Shown here: positions 20,514 to 29,243 of the stretch, one piece after another
Layout of the letters: each line of letters opens with the position of its first letter
Position numbering within the stretch: the stretch's first letter is position 1
Origin: an uncultured Actinomycetes bacterium
GTDB lineage: Bacteria; Actinomycetota; Thermoleophilia; Gaiellales; JAICJC01
Direction of reading: 5' to 3'
DNA length: 64,000 nt
Assembly: GCA_963843705.1 (NCBI GenBank)
Contig: CAWJLQ010000010.1
Span: forward strand, 489 to 64,488
Notes under the pieces: generated by a model
Database searches by the model: none
Told to the model about the DNA's origin: nothing
Seen by the model: the letters and a program-made list of their open reading frames with translations, nothing else
Program-made: the position numbers and the translations under genes

Positions 20514-21219
20514 AATCCTCGAGCGACGCTCCCGCGAGCGCCGTCCGCAGCCCCGCCGAGCGCAGCCGCTCGGCGATCGCCGGGAGCGCGGCGGCCGTGC
20601 GCCGCCACGACCCCCTCGCCGAATAGGCGTCCGAGTCGTGCAGCAAGAGGATGTCGCCCGCGCGCACGCCGTCGGCGACGCGGCGCGCGATCGTCTCGGG
20701 GGTGGCCCGGCGCTCCCAGTCGCGCCCCCAGCGCGACCAGCTGACGAGCGGCAGCCCGGCGCCGGTCGCGTAGCGGAGCGTCGCCAGGCTCGCCGCCCCG
20801 AACGGGGCGCGCACGCTGTGCACCTCGGCGCCGGCGAGATCCTCGATCTCGGCCCGGGCGCGGGCGAGCATCCGCTCCACCGCGAGCGGCGGCACCAGGG
20901 CGTGCGGGAGGTGCCGGCCGCCGTGCACGCCGAGCTCGTGCCCGGCCGCGACGACGGCCCGCAGAGCCTCGGGGTGCCGGCGCGCCTGTGACGAGACGAC
21001 GTAGAAGGTCGCCGGCAGGCCGAGCCGCTCGAGCTCGTCGAGCACCGCGATCGTGCCCTCGGGATGGGGCCCGTCGTCGAAGGTGACCGCGACGGCGCCG
21101 GAGCGCGCATCGAGCCGGCGGACGACGCCCGGGAAGCGCAGCCCACCGACGGCGCCGAGACCGGGCGACGCATAGGCCGCCAGGGCGGCCGCCGCGGCTG
21201 CTGCTAGCGCCCTTCCCAC
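20467..21219 (-). CDS. Polysaccharide deacetylase (NodB/CE4 domain) with N-terminal hydrophobic anchor
   Basis: VAVTFDDGPHPEGT, HELGVHG and the LLHD region. GTG 21219 overlaps the upstream gene end by 16 nt. Confidence 0.8.
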   Translation of the reverse strand: MGRALAAAAAAALAAYASPGLGAVGGLRFPGVVRRLDARSGAVAVTFDDGPHPEGTIAVLDELERLGLPATFYVVSSQARRHPEALRAVVAAGHELGVHGGRHLPHALVPPLAVERMLARARAEIEDLAGAEVHSVRAPFGAASLATLRYATGAGLPLVSWSRWGRDWERRATPETIARRVADGVRAGDILLLHDSDAYSARGSWRRTAAALPAIAERLRSAGLRTALAGASLEDWGLAPPDGARPQPGV

Positions 21220-22421
21220 ACGTGGACGATCGGCGTCGCGTGGCTGGGCGCCGGCACCACCGCGACGGCGTCGGCCACCCTGTCGACCATCCCCAGCGCC
21301 ATGACCGTGGCCGTCAGCGCGGCCACCCGCCGGGCCCGCACAAGGGCGCGCGTCGGAACCGCCGCCGGCCGCACGCCGGCCAGGCATTCGGCCGTCGAGG
21401 GGCGCTCGAACAGCGCGGACGCGGCGGCGGCGGTCGTCGGCGCCGTCACCTCCCAGAACCGCTCGTCGGCGAGCAGGCCGCACATCGCCTCGGCGGACGC
21501 CGGGCACGTCACCATCCCCGCCCGCTCCATGTGCCGGCTGTTGTCCTCGCCGTGGCCGGGCAGCGGCTCGAACATCACGACCGGCAGGCCGGCGGCGAAG
21601 GCCTCGAGACACGTCAGCCCGCCCGCGTTGGCGATCAGGACGTCGCTCGCCGCCATGAGGCCCGGCATGCGATCCGTGAACCCGAGCACGACCGCGTCCG
21701 CGAGCTGCTCGTCCTGCTCGAGCCGCGCCTTCAGGCCGGCGTTCAGGCCGGTGACGACAACCGGCCGCACGCCCGGCAGCGACGCGACCGCCCGGGCCGC
21801 ACCGTGCAGGTTCCCCACCCCCCACGCGCCGCCGACGATCAGGGCCATGCGCTCCCCGGCACCGATCCCGAGCCGGCGGCGGGTGTGCATGCCGACGCCG
21901 GCGGCGACACGGAGGACGGGTACCGGCGGTCGCACCGACCGCATGCCGGGCAGGCCGGCGTGGCCGACGCCGAAGTTGTCGTCGAGCTCGCAGTGCACCC
22001 ACGCCGGGTGCGGGTCGAAGTCGGTGATCAGCGCACAGCACGGGACGTTCAGCCGGCCGGTGCGGCGCAGGCGCGCCAGCACCATCGACACGACCGGGTA
22101 CGCCGACACGACGCGGTCGTACCCGCCGGCCTCGATCCGCTCGAGCAGCGGCGCGCCGCCGCGCACCGCGAGGCCGGCGCCGAAGAGCCGGATCAGGCGC
22201 CGGGAGCGGGTGCCGCGGTAGAGCACCCGCCACGACCAGGCGGCGTGCTCGATCTGGCAGTGGTAGCCGTCGACGACGAGCCTGTGCACGCCGCGCCCGA
22301 GGAGCGCCAGACCGTCGTCGATCTCGACCTCGTGCCCGCGCGCGCGGAGCTCGGCCGCGACGCCGCGCGCGGCCGCGTCGTGCCCAGCCCCCACGGGGGC
22401 GGAAAGGATGAGGACCCGCAT
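21204..22421 (-). CDS. GT28 family glycosyltransferase (MGDG-synthase / UgtP-like diacylglycerol glycosyltransferase)
   Basis: MRVLILSAPVGAGHDAAARGVAAEL and DVLIANAGGLTCLEAFAAGLPVV. Confidence 0.85.
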   Translation of the reverse strand: MRVLILSAPVGAGHDAAARGVAAELRARGHEVEIDDGLALLGRGVHRLVVDGYHCQIEHAAWSWRVLYRGTRSRRLIRLFGAGLAVRGGAPLLERIEAGGYDRVVSAYPVVSMVLARLRRTGRLNVPCCALITDFDPHPAWVHCELDDNFGVGHAGLPGMRSVRPPVPVLRVAAGVGMHTRRRLGIGAGERMALIVGGAWGVGNLHGAARAVASLPGVRPVVVTGLNAGLKARLEQDEQLADAVVLGFTDRMPGLMAASDVLIANAGGLTCLEAFAAGLPVVMFEPLPGHGEDNSRHMERAGMVTCPASAEAMCGLLADERFWEVTAPTTAAAASALFERPSTAECLAGVRPAAVPTRALVRARRVAALTATVMALGMVDRVADAVAVVPAPSHATPIVHVWEGR

Positions 22422-22490
22422 ACTGGCCCTAGCGCGGCCTCGACCGCGGACGCACCGGCATGGGCGCAGAGCTTAGACGCTGGCCCGGGC

Positions 22491-23333
22491 ATGCGGGTGA
22501 CCACCCGGGCGGACGTCAACATTGCCTTAAACTCCGGCATCGTGAGCAGGTTCCGCATCCTGGAGTGGGGAGCCGGCGACCTGCCCGCGCTGGTGTGCCT
22601 GCACCGCGCCCGCGGGCACGCCCGCCGCTTCGAGCGCCTGGCACGGATGGTCGGCCGGCACCGCCGGGTGATCGCGTACGACCTGCGCGGGCACGGCCGC
22701 TCGCCGTGGTCGGGCCCGCACACTCTCCACCAGCACTCGCTCGACCTCGCAGAGGTGCTGGACGCCGCCGGGGTCGAGCAGGCCGCCCTGCTCGGCGACG
22801 GCTTCGGCTGCCGGGTTGCGCTCCATCACGCGGCGGCGCACGGCGAGCGCGTGACCGGCCTCGTCCTGCTCGACCCGCCCCTCGCTCCCGACCCGCAGCT
22901 GATGCTCGACCTGGCGGCGGTCGAGCGCAGGGCGCCGGCCTTCGCGAGCGCCGACGCCGCGCTCGCCGCCTGGGCCGGATACGCCGGCCTCGAGCACGCG
23001 CCGCGCTTCCTCCTCGAGGAGGACGTCGCCGAGCATCTGGTCGTCGACCAGGACGGCCGTCTGCGCTTCCGCTACTCGCACGACGCGGCGGCGGCGGCGC
23101 TCGAGGCGATGGCCGAGCCCGCCGGGAGCCTGAAGGAGATCGTCTGCCCCGTCCTGCTCGTGCACGGCCGTGGCTCGGCGCTGCTGTCGGCCGCAGACGT
23201 GGAGCGGGCCGCCCTGGAGCTGCGCCGATGCCGGGTCGCGACCGTACCGGGCGGCCACGCGCCGCTCTGGGACGCGCTGGCCGAGGCCGGCGCGCACGTG
23301 AAGGGCTTCGTCTCCACCCGCAGCCGCGCCTAG
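22491..23333 (+). CDS. Alpha/beta hydrolase fold protein (nucleophile position reads GDGFG)
   Basis: C-terminal 280 aa of ORF 21222..23333. YDLRGHGRS, LLGDGFGCRVAL, GGHAP. Confidence 0.75.
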   Translation: MRVTTRADVNIALNSGIVSRFRILEWGAGDLPALVCLHRARGHARRFERLARMVGRHRRVIAYDLRGHGRSPWSGPHTLHQHSLDLAEVLDAAGVEQAALLGDGFGCRVALHHAAAHGERVTGLVLLDPPLAPDPQLMLDLAAVERRAPAFASADAALAAWAGYAGLEHAPRFLLEEDVAEHLVVDQDGRLRFRYSHDAAAAALEAMAEPAGSLKEIVCPVLLVHGRGSALLSAADVERAALELRRCRVATVPGGHAPLWDALAEAGAHVKGFVSTRSRA

Positions 23334-23617
23334 CGCACGAGCGCGTAGACGATCACGCCGAGCAGGACGAGCACGAGCGCCGCGATCGGCACCGCCTGGG
23401 AGCCGGTGCGGGTGTCCACCACCCGCTGGTCGGGCGCCGGCGGCGGGTACATCGGCTCCTCCCCGGAGGCGATGCGGTGCGCGACCGCCTGGGCGGCGTC
23501 CGCCTTGACCAGCGCGGCGACCGCCTCGGGCTCGACGCCGAGCTCCGCGGCGATCTCGGCCTCGCCGGCGCCGCGATCGCGCAGCTCGATGAACCGGCGC
23601 ACCTGGTCGTCCTCCAT
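23330..23617 (-). CDS. Small tail-anchored membrane protein, function unknown
   Basis: ATG 23617. Soluble acidic N-terminus and C-terminal TM IAALVLVLLGVIVYALV. Its stop shares CTAG with the convergent gene. Confidence 0.45.
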   Translation of the reverse strand: MEDDQVRRFIELRDRGAGEAEIAAELGVEPEAVAALVKADAAQAVAHRIASGEEPMYPPPAPDQRVVDTRTGSQAVPIAALVLVLLGVIVYALVR

Positions 23618-23666
23618 GCCGAAGTCGGTCGCGTCCTGCGCGGCGAAGCGCAGGGCGAGGAAGCGG

Positions 23667-24392
23667 CTATCGGGCGGCGGGGACGGCAAGTTCGGCCCAG
23701 CGCTCGAAGATGCTGCGCCCGGTCGTCCGCATCGCCGCCTGGGCGGCGTCGAACTCACCCATCAGCCGTCCCATCCCGCCGTCGCCGAGGACACGGTCGG
23801 CGTAGGCCGCGTACTCGGGCACGAGCGCCCACTCGCGCGCCATCTCCGGGAGCACCTCGACGTGGAACTGGACGCCGTAGGCGCCGCGGCCGACGCGGAA
23901 GGCCTGGTGTGGATAGGCGGGCGACGAGGCGAGCAGCGTCGCGCCCTCGGGCAGGTCGAACGTATCGCCGTGCCACTGCAGGGTGGGGAACGACCGCGGC
24001 AGGCCGGCGAAGAGGGGGTCGGCCGCTCCCTCGTCCGTCAGCGTCACCGGCAGCACGCCGACCTCGGGGTCGGGGCCGGAGTAGACGCGCGCACCGAGGC
24101 TGGCCGCCAGCAGCTGCACGCCCAGGCAGGCGCCGAAGTAGGGCATGCCGGCGCGGACGGCATCGCCGATCGCGCGCTTCTCGGCGGTCAGCCACGGCAG
24201 GTCGGCGTCGTCGTTCACGCTCATCGGGCCGCCCATGGCGACGATGGCGTCGAAGCGGTCGAAGGACGGCAGCGGGTCGCCCTCGTCGAGCTCCACCCGG
24301 TGCAGGCGTGCGCCGCGTTCGAGGAGCACGGCCTCGTACTCGCCGGGCGGCTCGCAGGCGATGTGCTGCAGGACGACGACGTCCACGCTCAC
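23667..24392 (-). CDS. Class I glutamine amidotransferase (GATase1) domain protein
   Basis: GACLGVQLL nucleophile elbow and QFHVEV. The GTG overlaps the fumC TGA (GTGA). Confidence 0.8.
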   Translation of the reverse strand: MSVDVVVLQHIACEPPGEYEAVLLERGARLHRVELDEGDPLPSFDRFDAIVAMGGPMSVNDDADLPWLTAEKRAIGDAVRAGMPYFGACLGVQLLAASLGARVYSGPDPEVGVLPVTLTDEGAADPLFAGLPRSFPTLQWHGDTFDLPEGATLLASSPAYPHQAFRVGRGAYGVQFHVEVLPEMAREWALVPEYAAYADRVLGDGGMGRLMGEFDAAQAAMRTTGRSIFERWAELAVPAAR

Positions 24393-25729
24393 GCCTCGCC
24401 CGTGTTGCTGCCGTGCGCCATCGCGTGCAGGTCGAGCGCCTTGTCCAGGATCTCGTCCGAGACGCCGTGCTCGCGAGCGACCTCGCGCAGCGAGCGGCCC
24501 GACGCGGCCGCGTCCTTCACGATCGCCGTCGCCGCGTCGTAGCCGATGTACGGGTTCAGGGCCGTCGCCACGGCGAGCGAGGCCTCGGCGTGGCGCTCGT
24601 TCTGCTCGCGGTTGGCCTCGATGCCGCGCACGCAGCGGGTGTCGAGCAGCCCGCAGGCGGAGGCGAGCAGGCCGACCGACTGCAGCAGGTTGCGGGCCAT
24701 GAGCGGGATCTGGACGTTCAGCTCGAAGTTCCCCTGCATGCCCCCGACGGCGATGGCGGCGTCGTTTCCGATCACCTGCGCGGCCACCTGGCAGCACACC
24801 TCGGGGATGACCGGGTTCACCTTGCCCGGCATGATCGAGCTGCCCTTCTGCAGCTCGGGCAGGAAGATCTCGGCCAGCCCGGCGCGCGGGCCGGAGCCCA
24901 TCCAGCGCAGGTCGTTCGCGATCTTCGTCAGCGACACGGCCACCGACCGCAGCCCACCCGAGGCCTCGACCAGCCCGTCGCGGTTGGCCTGCGCCTCGAA
25001 CGGGTCGGCCGGCGGATGGATCTCGAGTCCGGTCTCCTCGCTCAGCCGCGCACGCACGCGGGCGGCGAACTCGGGATGCGTGTTCAGGCCGGTGCCCGTG
25101 GCGGTGCCGCCGAGCGGGATCTTGCCCAGCCGCTCGAGCGTCGATCCGACGCGCGCGCGTCCCTCGCGGATCTGGGCCGCGTAGCCCCCGAACTCCTGGC
25201 CGAGCGTCACCGGGACGGCGTCCATCAGGTGCGTGCGGCCGGACTTGACGATGTCCTTGAACTCGTCGGCCTTCGCGGCGAGCGCGTCCGCGAGCAGCTC
25301 GAGCGCCGGATCGAGGTCGTGCACGATCCGGTCGAGGGCCGCCAGGTGGACGGCCGAGGGGAAGACGTCGTTCGACGACTGGCCCATGTTGACGTGGTCG
25401 TTCGGGTGCACGCCCTCGCCCGCGAGCGTGGCGATCACCTCGTTGGCGTTCATGTTCGACGACGTGCCCGATCCGGTCTGGAAGACGTCGATCGGGAACT
25501 GCTCGTCGTAGTCGCCGGCGGCGACGCGGTCGGCCGCCTCGGCGATGCGCGCGGCGACGCCGGCGTCGAGCAGCCCGAGGTCGGCGTTCACCCGTGCGGC
25601 TGCGGCCTTGATGCGCCCCAGCCAGTGGATCACGGCGGCCGGGATCGGCTCGCCGGACACCGGGAAGTTGTCGACCGCCTTGCGCGTCTCCGCGCCCCAA
25701 AGCTCTTGTTCATGCGTGATCTCGGCCAT
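24389..25729 (-). CDS. fumC: Class II fumarate hydratase
   Basis: [18 protein letters not shown] and [11 protein letters not shown] signature. Confidence 0.92.
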   Translation of the reverse strand: MAEITHEQELWGAETRKAVDNFPVSGEPIPAAVIHWLGRIKAAAARVNADLGLLDAGVAARIAEAADRVAAGDYDEQFPIDVFQTGSGTSSNMNANEVIATLAGEGVHPNDHVNMGQSSNDVFPSAVHLAALDRIVHDLDPALELLADALAAKADEFKDIVKSGRTHLMDAVPVTLGQEFGGYAAQIREGRARVGSTLERLGKIPLGGTATGTGLNTHPEFAARVRARLSEETGLEIHPPADPFEAQANRDGLVEASGGLRSVAVSLTKIANDLRWMGSGPRAGLAEIFLPELQKGSSIMPGKVNPVIPEVCCQVAAQVIGNDAAIAVGGMQGNFELNVQIPLMARNLLQSVGLLASACGLLDTRCVRGIEANREQNERHAEASLAVATALNPYIGYDAATAIVKDAAASGRSLREVAREHGVSDEILDKALDLHAMAHGSNTGEA

Positions 25730-25750
25730 GGCATGGACATTACTCCGCGA

Positions 25751-26238
25751 CTACGGCGGCTGGGTGAGCCAGCGGCGTTGGGCGTGCCAGCGTTGGAGGG
25801 TGCGGCGGCTGGGGGTGTGGGCGGTGCAGGTGGTGCAGGCCGGGTGGGTGTGGAGGTGTGAGGGGTGCAGGGGTGGTGTGCCTTGGGCGTATCGGGCTTC
25901 GAGTTGGCGGCGCAGTTCGGGCCAGGAGTAGCTGCCCGGGCGTTTCCGTGGGGCGGGGGCGCGGAGGCTTGCAGGTGCGCGTCCAGCGCGTGGTGGCGGG
26001 CCTGGGTCATGCACCCGTTGGCCTGCCAGACGCCCCACAGGGTGCGGACGAAGTCTCTGCCGCCTCGGCGCGTCTGGAAGGCGTGGGAGGCGTGGCCGGG
26101 GCACAGCCACACCGTCACCCGGTAGCCGAGCCGGATTTCCTCGGTGCGGCCGCGGGTACGCTCGACACAGATCGCGCACACGGGTCGTTTCAGCGGCAGG
26201 TTGCGGGCTTTGTACAAGGTGGGCAGGGCGTCGGACAT
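25751..26238 (-). pseudogene. Cys/His-rich hypothetical ORF, apparently split by a 1-nt frameshift
   Basis: ATG 26238 gives MSDALPTLYKARNLPLKRPVCAICVER...WLCPGHASH. Protein-like sequence then continues in the +1 frame (KRPGSYSWPELRRQLEARYAQ...) to TAG 25751. Confidence 0.4.
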
Positions 26239-26319
26239 CGCGCAGATGAGTGTGACCGACGAACCGTCACGCGTGGGTGTCGAGGTGTGGCGAGAGTGTG
26301 GGGGAACTGCGACTGTCAC

Positions 26320-27698
26320 GAGCCTGCGCGTTTTTCTGTGTATCGGTGGGTGGTTAGGCATTGTCAGGGATGCGGTCTCCGAAGTGGATGCGCAGGACTG
26401 CCATCGCCTGTGTCCAGTTGTAGCAGGTGCGCCAGTTGGTCTTGGCGCGCATGATCGCGAGCCAGATCAACCTGAGGGCGGCGTCGTCGTTGGGGAAGTG
26501 GCCTCGGGTCTTGACCGTCTTGCGGATCTGCATGTGCAGGCTCTCGACCGTGTTTGTCGTGTAGACAACGCGGCGGATCTCCTGCGGGAAGGCGAGGAAG
26601 GGGATGAACCGCTCCCAGGCGCGTTCCCACACCTGCAGCGCCGCCGTCTTGGTCGTGCTGTCCGCCCAGGCAGCGGTCAGTTCGTCGAGCACCTGGCGGG
26701 CCTGGTCGGCGTCGGCGGCCGTGTACAGGCGGCGTAGCTCGCCGGCGCAGGTCTTGCGCTCCTTCCAGGACAGGTAGCGCAGGCTCTGCCTGGTCAGATG
26801 GACAACGCAGGTCTGGTTGACCGCCTCCGGGAAGACGGCGTCGATCGCCTCCGGGAAGCCGGTGAGGCCGTCGGTGCAGACGAACAGGACGTCGGTGACG
26901 CCGCGGTTGCGCAGCTCGGTCAGGACGCTCGTCCAGAAGCGGGCGCCCTCGGTCTTCTCAATCCAGAGGCCGAGGCAGTCGCGCTCGCCGTCGACGGTGA
27001 CGCCGATGGCCGAGTAGACGGCCTTCTTGCGGACGACCTGCTGGTCGCGGATCGCGACCTGGAGCGCGTCCAGGTACACGACGACATACAGCTCCTCCAG
27101 CGGCCGACTCTGCCAGGCGCGCACGTCGTCTTGGATCGAGGTGGTCACCTCCGACACCAAGCCGTCGGAGACGTCGACGCCGTACACCTCGCGCAGGTGC
27201 CGCTGGATCTCCCTGGTCGTCATCCCGCCCGCGTACAGGGCCAGGATCTGCTCGTCGAAGCCGTCGAACGAACGGCTGTGCTTGGGCACAATCCGCGGCT
27301 CGAAGCTGCCCTGTCGATCCCGGGGCAGCTCGACCGTCACCGGCCCGTCGACCGTCCGCAACGTCTTGCGCGAGCTGCCGTTGCGCCGGTTCGGCTGCTC
27401 CTGCGGCGCCTCACCGCCGGCAGGGTAACCGAGATGCTGCCCCAGCTCGGCGCCCGCGGCGCGCTCGATCAGCCGCTTCCGCAGCCGGTTGATCAAGCCA
27501 TCCGGACCGGTCAACTGCTCCGGCCCCTCATACCCCCCCAGCAGCTGATCGATCAGCTCGTCCGGGATCTCTCTGTGCTCGGCCATCAGGGCCTCCTTCC
27601 GGGCCGCCCGGCCCGGTCGCTCCGCTCACGGCTACGCCGCGAGCATCACGACCAGGCCGGACAGACCAGTCAGATACACAGAAATCCGCGCGGACTGC
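26320..27698 (-). mobile_element. IS256-family insertion sequence (about 1.38 kb) with imperfect terminal IRs and a 9-bp direct repeat GACTGTCAC
   Basis: Inner IR cores TTTCTGTGTATC (26333-44) and GATACACAGAAA (27673-84). Flanking GACTGTCAC at 26311-19 and 27699-07. Single mutator-type transposase inside. Confidence 0.85.
26354..27586 (-). CDS. IS256 family (mutator-type) transposase
   Basis: 410 aa. PRDRQGSFEPRIVPK, YLDALQV, VCTDGLTGFPEAI, VYTTNTVES. Confidence 0.95.
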   Translation of the reverse strand: MAEHREIPDELIDQLLGGYEGPEQLTGPDGLINRLRKRLIERAAGAELGQHLGYPAGGEAPQEQPNRRNGSSRKTLRTVDGPVTVELPRDRQGSFEPRIVPKHSRSFDGFDEQILALYAGGMTTREIQRHLREVYGVDVSDGLVSEVTTSIQDDVRAWQSRPLEELYVVVYLDALQVAIRDQQVVRKKAVYSAIGVTVDGERDCLGLWIEKTEGARFWTSVLTELRNRGVTDVLFVCTDGLTGFPEAIDAVFPEAVNQTCVVHLTRQSLRYLSWKERKTCAGELRRLYTAADADQARQVLDELTAAWADSTTKTAALQVWERAWERFIPFLAFPQEIRRVVYTTNTVESLHMQIRKTVKTRGHFPNDDAALRLIWLAIMRAKTNWRTCYNWTQAMAVLRIHFGDRIPDNA

Positions 27699-27750
27699 GA
27701 CTGTCACATGCCACCAGCGCCAACCGCCGTCTCCAGTTTGAATGCTTCGA

Positions 27751-27822
27751 CCTGGCTCCGAGGCCGGCCGGCGCGCCTCATTCAGCGCAGGCCGGCAGGC
27801 CTCGGGCGGCCCGCAGGGCCGC
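27751..27822 (+). repeat. 72-bp direct repeat, copy 1 (two-hairpin unit)
   Basis: Identical base for base to 29172-29243. Confidence 0.95.
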
Positions 27823-27966
27823 ATCGCCCCGGTGCTTTCGCCCATAGCGGCGCTGGGCGCCGCCCGCCGCAGCTCCGCCAGCTTCGAAAGGAGCGCTGTG
27901 CTGCGGCGGAAGAACCTCGCCCGCCCGAGACTGACGCATGCCAACGGCGCCAATCGGACGCTCCGC

Positions 27967-28980
27967 TCAGGGGAGCAGGCGCTCGAGACCGATCCCGCTC
28001 GTGAAGAGGTGCTCTCGGCGATCGGAGAGCAGGCGGGCCGCCCAGTCGACCGAACCACCATCTGCGAGCTCCCACTCCTCTCCGCGCAGCTCTGCGTCGA
28101 TGCGAAGCTGCAGGCCGTCGTAGTACCTGATGCCGTCCGTCCGGGTCAGGTCGATGAGCAGACGGCCGTCGGACGCCGCCGCGATCGGCGCCAGCGCCTC
28201 GGTCGCGGCTTCAAGGCGGCGCATGCGGCGGCCCAATCGGCGAGCCAGATCCGGAGGAAGGGCATCGCGGGGGCTGAGAACGTCAGGCATAACGGCCGCG
28301 CCAACACCAGTAGCTGCCAGGTGGATCGCCGTGTCGGAAATGCGCACAGCTGTTCGTCCGAGGGGGACGCCGAGCTCGCGCGCGGCCGCCACGATCGCAA
28401 GGTGGGCGCGGACGTGCTCCGCCATCGCATCGACCTCGGAACCGTGATCGGATCGCGATCGGGCGCCGGTTACCAGCGCGAAGATCACGAAATGCTGGAG
28501 GGCCGGCGGCTCGAATGCCTGTTGTCGCAGAACGCGGTGGGCCGCGCACATCCGCACCACGTCGACCCCCTCACGTCGTCGCCACGCCGCGCCGAGTGCC
28601 AGCGGCACGGTCGGGTCGGCGACCACTTCGGTCGCGCGCACCGTGGCCAGGACGTTGTTCTGATCGATCCCCGCAAGCACCGAGTTCGTCCCAACCGGCT
28701 CGACCGGAGCGAGCTCGACCGCCTCGTAGTCGGACACGGCGTCAAACGCCTCGACAACCAACCGTCCGAGCGCCCGTGCATCGATGCGACCGGCCTCGGT
28801 CGTGCGGTCGCGCCCGTACTGCGCCATCAGGTCGGTCGGCTTCCGACTCGCCGCTCGCGCGCGAGCCAGCTCCAGAAGGAGCGCTTGCACGTCGCTCGGT
28901 GAGGCGCGCTCCGAGAGGCGCTCAAGAAGGTCGGGAACGCCAACGTCTCGGCACACCCTCCGAACGACTGGACTCTCCAT
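27967..28980 (-). CDS. Orphan class II aminoacyl-tRNA synthetase core paralog (HisRS/HisZ-like), no anticodon-binding domain
   Basis: IDLTRTDGIRYYDGLQLRI, ADGGSVDW and FTSGIGLERLL match the HisRS/HisZ C-terminal motifs. Weaker motif 1 and 2 equivalents. Many A/T-ending codons, unlike neighbouring genes. Confidence 0.55.
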   Translation of the reverse strand: MESPVVRRVCRDVGVPDLLERLSERASPSDVQALLLELARARAASRKPTDLMAQYGRDRTTEAGRIDARALGRLVVEAFDAVSDYEAVELAPVEPVGTNSVLAGIDQNNVLATVRATEVVADPTVPLALGAAWRRREGVDVVRMCAAHRVLRQQAFEPPALQHFVIFALVTGARSRSDHGSEVDAMAEHVRAHLAIVAAARELGVPLGRTAVRISDTAIHLAATGVGAAVMPDVLSPRDALPPDLARRLGRRMRRLEAATEALAPIAAASDGRLLIDLTRTDGIRYYDGLQLRIDAELRGEEWELADGGSVDWAARLLSDRREHLFTSGIGLERLLP

Positions 28981-29171
28981 CCGCGCCGACCCTACATCGT
29001 GTCGGAGTTACGCGACATAGGCGCGATTTCGCCGAGCATCGAGCCCTGCGGTCAAGGGTCGTCGGCGCATCTTGAGAGAGCACCAGCACCATCGACACCT
29101 GACACATGCTGACGGCGCGAATTGCCGCGGCAAGGCCGCGACATCCGCCACCGGCCCAGCGTGGGAGCAGC

Positions 29172-29243
29172 CCTGGCTCCGAGGCCGGCCGGCGCGCCTC
29201 ATTCAGCGCAGGCCGGCAGGCCTCGGGCGGCCCGCAGGGCCGC
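29172..29243 (+). repeat. 72-bp direct repeat, copy 2
   Basis: Identical to 27751-27822. Confidence 0.95.

Noticed and set aside
22460-25861. A 1133-aa plus-strand ORF. Similar giant ORFs occur at 36216..38711 (-), 14489..16726 (-), 53716..56271 (+), 58433..60520 (+), 10812..12830 (-) and 36212..38548 (+).
   Set aside because: These are Arg/Ala/Pro/Gly-rich low-complexity translations lying antisense to, or out of frame with, well-recognised genes (fumC, nuoG, E1, mrp/DUF1015, ychF). Such shadow ORFs are typical of very GC-rich DNA.
25800-25885. A G-run-rich tract (GGGGG, GGG, GGG, GGG, GGGG, GGGG) as a G-quadruplex element.
   Set aside because: Loop lengths exceed the canonical limit in part. 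Such runs are expected by chance at this GC content. The tract is the complement of a His/Pro/Thr-rich coding segment.
27708-28004. Small plus-strand ORFs that begin at the ATG inside each ~26-nt motif (27708, 27938, 29106, 29298).
   Set aside because: They cross the 72-bp repeat in different frames and give unrelated Arg/Pro-rich peptides, so the shared ATG belongs to a DNA motif rather than a conserved start.
27751-29243. The 72-bp repeats as integron attC sites or as a CRISPR array.
   Set aside because: There is no GTTRRRY/RYYYAAC core and no intI nearby. Only two copies exist, 1.35 kb apart and enclosing a normal-size gene. There are no cas genes.
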